Under the pieces are notes generated by a model. The model saw only the letters and a program-made list of their open reading frames with translations. It searched no databases and was not told the origin of the DNA. Positions 56,532 to 64,000 of a stretch of DNA of 64,000 nt are shown piece by piece. Position numbers and translations under genes: made by a program. The stretch lies in contig JANNCT010000041.1 of assembly GCA_031386895.1 (NCBI GenBank), forward strand, positions 881 to 64,880, written 5' to 3'. Every line of letters starts with the position of its first letter. The stretch's first letter is position 1. This DNA is from Polaromonas sp. Its GTDB lineage: Bacteria; Pseudomonadota; Gammaproteobacteria; Burkholderiales; Burkholderiaceae_C.

Positions 56532-58103
56532 ATGCAACGACTCGGGCCAATTCTTCAATTTTTAGGCACGCAAGGCAACGCCTGGGGCGTTAGTGCGCTG
56601 GTGGTGATCGATGCGGCAGACGCTGCGCCAAGCTTGAGCCTGTCCGCCTCAGCCACCGTCACCCGCGTTTCCTGCCCGGTGCCAGGGCAAGCCGCAACCG
56701 CGTGGCGCTTTGACTTTGCCGTACCGCAAACCGCGCAAAGCCAGGTGGTGGCGTACACCGTTGGCGGAAAACACTTTAGCTTCGTGGTGCCAGGGCTCAA
56801 CGCCATGCCCAGTCTGGCGTACGCGTCGTGCAACGGGTTTTCAAGCCTGAGTGCGATGAAGTCTGTACCCGTGCCCAACGCGCTGTGGGCACGCATGCAG
56901 CGCCTGCACAGGCTGCAAGACAAAGTCGATAACCAGACGTATGGCCCCTACCATTTGCTGCTACTCGGCGGCGACCAGGTTTACAGCGACGGCATGTGGG
57001 CGGTGCTGCCCGACATGCAAGCTTGGGCGCAGCTTGACCGCCCCGCGCGCGTGGCAGCGCCGTTCACCGCCGCCATGCAATCTGCCCTGACGGCCTACTT
57101 ATCAAAAATGTACCTTGAGCGTTGGTCGCAGCCCGATGTAGCTGCCGCACTGAGCAGCATCCCCACGGTGATGATGTGGGACGACCACGACATCATGGAC
57201 GGCTGGGGTTCGCACCCCGCTGACTTGCACGAGTGCGCGGTGTTTCAAGGCATTTACAAAGTTGCTCGGGCCGCGTTTGAATTGTTTCAGCGGCAGATCA
57301 TGCAGCCCGGTGCACACGCTCCAGCCACCCTGCCTGGCCAAAGCGCGCACAGCAGCGGGTACCGCATGGGCGCAGCCGGGCTGCTCACGCTGGACATGCG
57401 CAGCGAGCGCAGCCCGCGCTCGGGCGATATCGACGCCGTGGGTGGCGTACTGCACGCAGAACAAGTCATGAGCCAGGCCAGCTGGCGTGCGGTGTTCCAG
57501 TGGCTGGATGCGCAAGAAGCGGCTGGCGATATGAAGCACTTGTTTGTAATGAGCAGCATTCCGGTTGTTCACCCCAGCTTTGAACTGCTGGAAAAACTGC
57601 TGGGCATTTTCCCCGGCCAGCAAACATTGGAAGACGACCTGCGCGACCACTGGACCAGCCCGCCGCACAAGGCCGAGCGCCTGCGGCTGATTCACCGGCT
57701 GCTGGCTGCAAGCGCCAAGGGTATTCGCGTCACGTTGCTGTCTGGCGACGTGCATGTGGCGGCCATCGGCGTGATTGAGTCTGACCGCAGCAGCGCCTCA
57801 AGCACCGCGCGGGTGGTCAACCAGCTGACGTCCAGCGGCATCGTGCACTCGCCGCCGCCGGGCGTAGCGCTCTTCTTTTTAGAGCAAGCGTGCCAGCGCG
57901 TTGAGCAGATCGACCGCGGCATCACTGGCACGATGTACGAGTTTCCCACCACCAGCCACCGCATGATTGGCGCGCGCAATTTCTTAACACTGCAGCCAGA
58001 TACGCCCAACGCGCAAGGGCTGACGCAGCAGCGCTACTGGGCCAACTGGTGGGCTGAGGGCGAGCCGCACCCTTATACGAAGGTGATTCATACGGTGGGC
58101 TAA
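56532..58103 (+). CDS. PhoD-like metallophosphatase family protein (no signal peptide seen)
   Basis: Metallophosphoesterase-like motifs GGDQVYSDG, MMWDDHDIMDGWGS and LSGDVHVAAIG. The preferred ATG is at 56532 (MQRLGPILQF). Confidence 0.7.
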   Translation: MQRLGPILQFLGTQGNAWGVSALVVIDAADAAPSLSLSASATVTRVSCPVPGQAATAWRFDFAVPQTAQSQVVAYTVGGKHFSFVVPGLNAMPSLAYASCNGFSSLSAMKSVPVPNALWARMQRLHRLQDKVDNQTYGPYHLLLLGGDQVYSDGMWAVLPDMQAWAQLDRPARVAAPFTAAMQSALTAYLSKMYLERWSQPDVAAALSSIPTVMMWDDHDIMDGWGSHPADLHECAVFQGIYKVARAAFELFQRQIMQPGAHAPATLPGQSAHSSGYRMGAAGLLTLDMRSERSPRSGDIDAVGGVLHAEQVMSQASWRAVFQWLDAQEAAGDMKHLFVMSSIPVVHPSFELLEKLLGIFPGQQTLEDDLRDHWTSPPHKAERLRLIHRLLAASAKGIRVTLLSGDVHVAAIGVIESDRSSASSTARVVNQLTSSGIVHSPPPGVALFFLEQACQRVEQIDRGITGTMYEFPTTSHRMIGARNFLTLQPDTPNAQGLTQQRYWANWWAEGEPHPYTKVIHTVG

Positions 58104-58129
58104 AAACAGGAGAATTTATAGTGTTTTAG

Positions 58130-58176
58130 GCTTCTAGCGCAATGAATACAGGCGCAGACAGCTATAAAAAACATAG
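58130..58176 (-). repeat. 47-bp dispersed repeat, copy M (reverse orientation), intergenic between the convergent PhoD-like and aldehyde dehydrogenase genes
   Basis: The reverse complement is ctatgttttttat AGCTGTCTGCGCCTGTAT tcattgcgctagaagc. The left arm is identical to copy E. Confidence 0.8.
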
Positions 58177-58193
58177 TAAAGGACAACAGACAG

Positions 58194-59609
58194 CTAGAAC
58201 CAGCGCTTGAGCAGCCCCATGATCTGGTCAAACCGTTTGCCGTACGGCGGGTAAAACAAATCACCGCGCGCCCATTTCGATTGCACCAGCACGGGCTTTT
58301 GCATGGTCAGCCGCAAGAACCCAGCTTCACCGTGGTAGCTGCCCCATCCGCTTTCGCCGATGCCGCCGAATGGCAAGTTTTCATGGGCAATGTGCATCAG
58401 GGTGTCGTTGATGCTGACGCCACCGCTTACCGTGCGGGCCAGCACGGTGTCGCGCACGGCGTTGTCTTGCCCAAACCAGTACAGCGCCAGCGGCCTAGGT
58501 CTGGCGTTGATGTAGTTAATCGCCTGATCGACTGAGTCGTACGGCACCACCGGCAGAACCGGGCCAAAAATTTCTTCGTGCAGCAACTTGGCATCTGGCG
58601 GAACGTCAAACACCAGCAACGGCGCCATTTGCCGGTGCGCTGTGGCAACGCCGCCGGTATCAATGGCTTGCAGTCGTGCGCCGCCCGCCTCGGCAGCAGC
58701 CACCATCGCCTGCAGGCGCTCATGGTGGCGTGGGCTGATGATGGCGGCGTAGTCTGGGTTGCCTGCAATGGTTGGGAAAAGCTTTGCAACGGCCTGCGCA
58801 AATGCGTGGCCAAAGGCGGCCTCTTGGCCTTTGGGCAGCAGCACGTAGTCAGGTGCAATGCAGGTCTGCCCCGCGTTTAGCAATTTGCCGTGGGCAATTT
58901 TGAGGGCGGCGGTTTGCAGGTCGCAACTTGCGTCAATGATGCACGGCGACTTGCCGCCCAATTCGAGCGTTGTGGGCGTTAAATTCGCAGCTGCTGCTTT
59001 GGCCACAATGCGGCCAACGGCGGTGGAGCCAGTGAAGAACAAATGGTCAAACGGCAGGCTTGAAAATTCAGCAGCTACAGTGCCATCGCCCTGCACCACG
59101 CACACTTCATCTGATGCAAAGGTTTTCCCAATCAGCTCTGCCATCAGCGCTGACGTTGCGGGCGTCAGCTCACTAGGCTTGAGCATCACGCGGTTGCCCG
59201 CGCTCAGTGCCGTAATGATGGGGCCCAAAGCCAATTGCACCGGGTAGTTCCAGGGCGACACCACACCGACCACGCCCAGCGGCTGGCGCTGCAAAAAAGC
59301 ACGTGCCGGTTGCAGGTAAATGGGGGTCGATACCTTGACGGGCTTCATCCACCTAGGCAGACACTTGAGCGTGTGGGACATCAAGCTGCGCAGCACCAGC
59401 AAATCGGCCACCTCAGTAAGCTGCAAACTGCGCACACCGAAGTCGGCTTGCACCGCTTGCGCGAGTGCAACGCTGTTGTTTTCAATCAGCGCCTTCATCC
59501 GCAGCAGGCGGTCGCGACGCACTTCCAGCGGCACGTCTACATCACGGCGGCTGGCCGCATACTGGTCGTCAAAAAGCTGGCGCATGCCGGAGGTGGGTGA
59601 GGTATTCAT
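58194..59609 (-). CDS. NAD(P)-dependent aldehyde dehydrogenase (coniferyl-aldehyde-DH-like)
   Basis: 471 aa. Contains ELGGKSP and the catalytic Cys region NAGQTCIAPDY. Confidence 0.88.
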   Translation of the reverse strand: MNTSPTSGMRQLFDDQYAASRRDVDVPLEVRRDRLLRMKALIENNSVALAQAVQADFGVRSLQLTEVADLLVLRSLMSHTLKCLPRWMKPVKVSTPIYLQPARAFLQRQPLGVVGVVSPWNYPVQLALGPIITALSAGNRVMLKPSELTPATSALMAELIGKTFASDEVCVVQGDGTVAAEFSSLPFDHLFFTGSTAVGRIVAKAAAANLTPTTLELGGKSPCIIDASCDLQTAALKIAHGKLLNAGQTCIAPDYVLLPKGQEAAFGHAFAQAVAKLFPTIAGNPDYAAIISPRHHERLQAMVAAAEAGGARLQAIDTGGVATAHRQMAPLLVFDVPPDAKLLHEEIFGPVLPVVPYDSVDQAINYINARPRPLALYWFGQDNAVRDTVLARTVSGGVSINDTLMHIAHENLPFGGIGESGWGSYHGEAGFLRLTMQKPVLVQSKWARGDLFYPPYGKRFDQIMGLLKRWF

Positions 59610-59661
59610 ACCGCATCATAGGGGTTGATGGGGTTCATTTTTTAGGGGTGCAGCACCACAA

Positions 59662-59702
59662 TAAAAAAGGCGATGCATTGCGGCTCGCCTTGACATCGCC
59701 TT
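59662..59702 (-). terminator. Rho-independent terminator after phoX
   Basis: The minus strand reads AAGGCGATG-(18-nt loop)-CATCGCCTT-TTTT. Confidence 0.55.
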
Positions 59703-59731
59703 GCTAAAGCAAGTTAGAAACGCTTGCCTGT

Positions 59732-62098
59732 TTACAAACCAATTACACCGCCATCATTTTTGGTAATCACAATCGTCGCCGACCGTGGCCGGGCCGATGC
59801 ACCACCTGCGCCATAAGCGGCCACACCGCCGCCGTTGGCTGGCCAATTGCTCTCAAAAATCTTGGTGGTGAACTGCGTGTTGGTTGTGTTTTCACCGGGG
59901 TGCTGGATGTTGACGAACAGTGCCTTGCCGTCTGGCGACTCCGTCAGGCCAGTGACTTCAGCGCCGACCGGTGCTGTTAAAAATCGCTTGAAGGTCACGT
60001 CGCTCATTTTGCGGCCCATATAAGTGGTCACGGTTTTGTCAGCCGTTACCGTGCGGTTCGGGCTGCCGTCGGGCTTGTTGACCACCGTTATCGGCCCGCC
60101 ATCTCCGTAGTTGCCCGGCACCGCCGCCAGCAACATGCAGGTGGTTTGGTCGGTATACGTGTTGTCATCGGTTTGCACCCACAAAATGCCGCTGGCGCCT
60201 GAAAACCAGCAGCCATCGGGTTTAGACAAATCGTTCAATGGGCTCAGGCCAGACAGGTTCACATTCTTTTGCCAATTCACGTCGTCAACGCCTGCATCTG
60301 CTACAGCTTGCGAGCCGAACATGAAGATGTCCCATTTGAAGCCTTCAGCACCTGCGTTGTCACCGTCTTCACGCATGCGCACGATGTGGCCGTTCACGTT
60401 GCCACGCTGCGCAGGAATTGCGGTGGGGTTTTGTGACGAGACGCCTTTGGTGTCAAACCAGTAACGCGGGTTCGATGCATCTACGTCCGGATTGGTGAAG
60501 TTGTTGCCCGATACGGCGGTGGTGTTGCCGCGGTCCGGGTTTTCTGTCACGGTGATGTAGATTTCGCCGTTTTTCGGGTTCACGGCTGTCCACTCGGGGC
60601 GGTCCATTCGGGTGGCTTTGGCAGCGTCTGCAGCCAGGCGGGTGTTCACGCAAATGTCGGCTTTGCTTTCAAACTTGTAGCCCTCAGGGTTCAAAGCACT
60701 TGCGAGCACACCAGCGGCTACGTCCGGGTTGGTCAGGTCGAGCTTGACCCAATTGCCCGTTCCGTTTGCGTTAAACCGCGCAGCATAAATGGTGCCTTCG
60801 TCCATGTACTCAGCGCCTACGCTCAAGCGGTCAGCGCGGTTGGCATCGCCAGGAGTCCACAACTTCTTGGACACAAACTTGTAGATGTACTCACCGCGTG
60901 AATCGCAGCCAATGTAAAACGCCAGTGGCCTGCCCGCTGTAGGAATGCTGATGCTGGTGCCTTCGTTGGCGCGGCGGCCCAGCGCGGTGCGCTTTACCGG
61001 CGCAGCGTTGGGGTTGTACGGGTCAATTTCAACGACGTAGCCGAATGTATTGGACTCGTTTCTGAAGTCGCCTGTACCGTCGGCTGCTTTGCCATCCAGC
61101 GCAGTGCAATCAAAGCGGCTAAATGCGGTGCTGGAGGCGTCTGCTGCCACCACGCTGGCCCAGCGGTTGTGCGCAAAGCCTGCTGCACCGGGGCGAATGC
61201 CGTTGCGCAGCAGGGCAGAATTGTCGCGTTGGCTACGCGCTGCAGTGTCGGCGCGTCGAACGAAATATCCAGCCCAGTTTTCTTCACACGTCAAATACGT
61301 GCCCCATGGCGTGTAGCCGTTGGCGCAATTGTTGATGGTGCCGCGCGTTTTTGTGCCTTCTGGCGAATACACGGTTTTGGTGTACGCCGAGCCGCGGGCC
61401 GGGCCAGACAATTCCATCGGCGTTGCGCCGGTAATGCGGCGGTTAAAACTCGACGACTTCACGTAGCTGTATTTGCCGTTTACGCGGCGCAGTTCAACTA
61501 CTGACACGCCATGCGCGTCGATTTCCTTGACAACTTCGCCCTCCGGGCGCGGCCCGGCAGTCGCCGCAATGTTGGTTTGCCCGCGAACGTGCATGAACTT
61601 GGCCGTACCGGTGATGTTCTCGTGGTTCATGACCAGCAAAGCGCGATCAAGGTTGTTTTTGTCAGGCGCTCCAGCTGCACTGAGTCCAAAATAATGGATG
61701 CCGTCATGGTGGTCACCCGCGCGGCGCGCAAAGTTGTCGTCGGTGCCGTCATTTTTGTAGTCGGCAAGCGCCGCATCAATTGGGTCGCCAGTGGCATACA
61801 CCACGGTGGCGGAGTAGCCCTCGGGCACGGTAACGCGGTCCATCAGTGACTTGCTCACTGCTTTAAAACCCAGCGTGACGCTGGAGCCGCCTGCACCACC
61901 CGCCATCGTGCTGCAAGCACTCAAGCCCAGCGTGCCCAAGCTGGCCATAGTGATGGCCCCTACGCCGCCTTTTAAAACATACCTGCGGTGCATGCGTGCC
62001 GCCAGTACATCGGCAATCGTGGGGTTGCCACTGGTGTTATTATCCAGGTCGTCCGGGTCAGTCCAGAGCGGGGCGGTGGGTTTTGCAATGTGGGTCAT
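59732..62098 (-). CDS. phoX: PhoX-family alkaline phosphatase (DUF839 beta-propeller), Tat-exported
   Basis: 788 aa. The N-terminal NTSGNPTIADVLAARMHRRYVLKGGVGAITMASLG is a twin-arginine signal typical of PhoX. Confidence 0.8.
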   Translation of the reverse strand: MTHIAKPTAPLWTDPDDLDNNTSGNPTIADVLAARMHRRYVLKGGVGAITMASLGTLGLSACSTMAGGAGGSSVTLGFKAVSKSLMDRVTVPEGYSATVVYATGDPIDAALADYKNDGTDDNFARRAGDHHDGIHYFGLSAAGAPDKNNLDRALLVMNHENITGTAKFMHVRGQTNIAATAGPRPEGEVVKEIDAHGVSVVELRRVNGKYSYVKSSSFNRRITGATPMELSGPARGSAYTKTVYSPEGTKTRGTINNCANGYTPWGTYLTCEENWAGYFVRRADTAARSQRDNSALLRNGIRPGAAGFAHNRWASVVAADASSTAFSRFDCTALDGKAADGTGDFRNESNTFGYVVEIDPYNPNAAPVKRTALGRRANEGTSISIPTAGRPLAFYIGCDSRGEYIYKFVSKKLWTPGDANRADRLSVGAEYMDEGTIYAARFNANGTGNWVKLDLTNPDVAAGVLASALNPEGYKFESKADICVNTRLAADAAKATRMDRPEWTAVNPKNGEIYITVTENPDRGNTTAVSGNNFTNPDVDASNPRYWFDTKGVSSQNPTAIPAQRGNVNGHIVRMREDGDNAGAEGFKWDIFMFGSQAVADAGVDDVNWQKNVNLSGLSPLNDLSKPDGCWFSGASGILWVQTDDNTYTDQTTCMLLAAVPGNYGDGGPITVVNKPDGSPNRTVTADKTVTTYMGRKMSDVTFKRFLTAPVGAEVTGLTESPDGKALFVNIQHPGENTTNTQFTTKIFESNWPANGGGVAAYGAGGASARPRSATIVITKNDGGVIGL

Positions 62099-62149
62099 TT
62101 TGGGCGCTCCAAACTGGGGGGGGTTGTTTAATCGTGTTGGTTTTTATTG

Positions 62150-62167
62150 TGTGACGTTTTTGTGACG
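62150..62167 (-). promoter_or_regulatory. Pho-box-like direct repeat (minus strand CGTCACA-AAAA-CGTCACA) upstream of phoX
   Basis: Two identical 7-mers at 11-bp periodicity with an A-rich 4-nt spacer, 52-69 nt upstream of the phoX ATG. Compare the E. coli Pho box CTGTCATAWAWCTGTCAY. Confidence 0.5.
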
Positions 62168-62373
62168 GTTTGATGAAAATAATACCTTCGCCAGCCGCAC
62201 CTTGCGCGCACAGCGCCGCAGTAAACGCCAGCAAGAACAGCGGCGTATCGTGCAGCTATTTTTTACTTTCCAGTTCAATACTGGGCAGTAAAAAACGCAA
62301 GCCGGGCCTCGTTTAAATCACGTCAAACCACTTGTTTGGGTAGGTCGTAAAGGTGCATGTTGATCCGGGGGGT

Positions 62374-63459
62374 TCAACGCAAAACCGCCACGCCTTTGAC
62401 CTGCGCAAACACGGGTTGTCCTGGTGCCAGGGCCAAAGCGTCAACAGATTTTTGCGTCAGCCGCGCTAGTAGCCGCGTGCCGCCCACATCAAGCGCCACC
62501 ATAGCCTGACCGGGGCTGTCATCTGCAACGCTGACAACGGTAGCTGCAAAAATGTTCTGCACGCTGGTACTGGCTGGATTGAGCAAACTGATGCTGACGT
62601 CACGCGCCTGTACCCTCACGCGCACTACCTGCCCAACCTTTTTAGGTGAATTGATCAGGCTGATTTGCCCGCCTGCAAAGCTGGCGTAGCTCAAAAAGTA
62701 CTGCGGCTCCACGCTGCTGACAACTGCATCAATGATGGAAGCAGCTGCATCGCCGTGGGCCAGCGGCAGTTCCAGGCGAGTCATGACGTCGCCCGTAGCG
62801 CCGGTTGCAACCACCTGCCCAGCGTCTAGCAACACAAGGTGGTCGGCCAGGCGCGCTACTTCGTCTACTGCGTGGCTGACGTAGATGATGGGCACTTCCA
62901 GCTCTGATGCCAGCCGCTCCAAATAGGGCAGCACATCGGCTTTGCGCTGCGCATCAAGAGACGCCAGGGGCTCGTCCATTAACAGCACACGTGGGCTGGT
63001 GGCCAGCGCACGCGCTATGCCGACGCGCTGGCGCTCGCCGCCTGACAGCGCTGTAGTTTGGCGGTGTAGCAACGATGAAAGACCGAGCAAATCAATTGCT
63101 TGTTCGAGCGGCAGCTTTTGATGGGCAACCGGAACACGCGACCGCCCAAACTCAAGGTTTTGCAGCACAGTTAAGTGAGCAAAAAGATTGGCTTCCTGGA
63201 ACACAAAGCCCAGCGGCCTTTGGTGCACCGGCGTGAAAACCTTTGCAGCCTCGTCTTGCCACACGTCGTCGCCCATTCGCAGGTACCCATTTGCGCAACG
63301 CTGCAGCCCCGCAATGCAGCGCAGCAGTGTAGTTTTGCCCGAGCCCGAAGGCCCAAAAACAGCACTGACGCCGCGCGCGGGAAAATCGATATTCACGTTG
63401 AGCGTGAAGTTTTCAAACGTCTGGCGAAAACGCGCAGTGATAGGTGTAGCGCCCGTCAT
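62374..63459 (-). CDS. modC: Molybdate ABC transporter ATP-binding protein
   Basis: Walker [10 protein letters not shown], signature LSGGERQR, Walker B LLMDEP and a C-terminal Mop/TOBE domain. The preferred ATG at 63459 overlaps the modB stop (ATGA). Confidence 0.9.
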   Translation of the reverse strand: MTGATPITARFRQTFENFTLNVNIDFPARGVSAVFGPSGSGKTTLLRCIAGLQRCANGYLRMGDDVWQDEAAKVFTPVHQRPLGFVFQEANLFAHLTVLQNLEFGRSRVPVAHQKLPLEQAIDLLGLSSLLHRQTTALSGGERQRVGIARALATSPRVLLMDEPLASLDAQRKADVLPYLERLASELEVPIIYVSHAVDEVARLADHLVLLDAGQVVATGATGDVMTRLELPLAHGDAAASIIDAVVSSVEPQYFLSYASFAGGQISLINSPKKVGQVVRVRVQARDVSISLLNPASTSVQNIFAATVVSVADDSPGQAMVALDVGGTRLLARLTQKSVDALALAPGQPVFAQVKGVAVLR

Positions 63460-64000
63460 GTGCGGCGCGCCCGGCGATTCATCCATTGCAGGCCCAGCAG
63501 CACAACAAAGGAGAACACCAGCAGCGCCGCAGCCAGTACGTGCGCCTGGCTGTACTGCATGGCTTCAACCTGGTCGTAAATTTGCACCGACATCACGCGC
63601 GTGGCACCGGGTATGTTGCCGCCAATCATGAGCACAATGCCGAACTCACCCACCGTATGCGCAAACCCCATCACAGCGGCAGTGATGTAGGCGGGTTTGG
63701 CCAGGGGCAGCACCACGCTGAAAAAAGTGTCGAGCGGCGATGCCCGCAACGTGGCAGCCGCTTCGAGCGGCTTGGGCCCAATTGCCTCAAAAGCATTTTG
63801 CAAAGGCTGCACCACAAACGGCAGCGAGTAAAACACCGAACCCACAACCAGCGCGGAAAAAGTAAACGGCAGCAGCCCAAGGCCCAGCCACTGCGTGAAC
63901 TGACCCACCGGCCCATGCGGGCCCATCAACATCAGCAAATAAAAACCAATCACCACTGGCGGCAGCACCAACGGCAGCGCAACCAATGCGCCTACCACGC
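63456..64000 (-). CDS. modB: Molybdate ABC transporter permease, partial (5' end outside window)
   Basis: Polytopic, with an EAA-like loop ([22 protein letters not shown]). Directly upstream of modC. Confidence 0.85.
   Translation of the reverse strand, partial: VVGALVALPLVLPPVVIGFYLLMLMGPHGPVGQFTQWLGLGLLPFTFSALVVGSVFYSLPFVVQPLQNAFEAIGPKPLEAAATLRASPLDTFFSVVLPLAKPAYITAAVMGFAHTVGEFGIVLMIGGNIPGATRVMSVQIYDQVEAMQYSQAHVLAAALLVFSFVVLLGLQWMNRRARRT

Overview
A 64-kb, roughly 60% GC stretch of a betaproteobacterial chromosome. Gene order and protein signatures look Burkholderiales or Comamonadaceae-like, but that is an inference. Nearly all of it is conserved housekeeping. It holds the pyruvate dehydrogenase operon aceE-aceF-(HslV-like Ntn hydrolase)-lpdA with a divergent PAS sensor kinase and FixJ-type regulator, then folD, greA-carB-carA, and the envelope/translation supercluster rpsB-tsf-pyrH-frr-uppS-cdsA-dxr-rseP-bamA-skp-lpxD-fabZ-lpxA-lpxB-rnhB-trmH. 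After that come dadA, a Kbp/YgaU-like BON-LysM gene, nnr, yggT, rnr, tRNA-Leu(CAG), rimO, phaR, tRNA-Val(GAC), relA, an alpha/beta hydrolase with bdhA, a LysR regulator with gcl-hyi-glxR, two phosphatases (PhoD-like and PhoX), an aldehyde dehydrogenase and modCB. The only clearly accessory block is at the left edge: a type I restriction-modification operon, hsdR-DUF1016-hsdS, with hsdM presumably outside the window. No CRISPR array, rRNA, transposase or integrase was seen. The most unusual signal is a 47-bp dispersed repeat with core AGCTGCTTGCGCCCGTAT. It has 13 clear copies that align without gaps. Nine sit inside intact housekeeping genes without breaking the reading frame, and seven of those are read in one frame as [V/I]AQx[I/L]RAQAA[I/L]xxIV. 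At least two coding copies (lpxB, dxr) seem to replace homologous residues rather than add length. That argues against simple insertion and fits a conversion or uptake-signal-like spread, or a REP/MITE-like element that tolerates coding regions. Secondary observations are a proteasome-type (BPH/HslV-like) gene translationally coupled inside the pdh operon, five 14-bp tandem repeats upstream of relA, a Pho-box-like repeat upstream of phoX, and an unresolved reading frame at the 3' end of hsdS.
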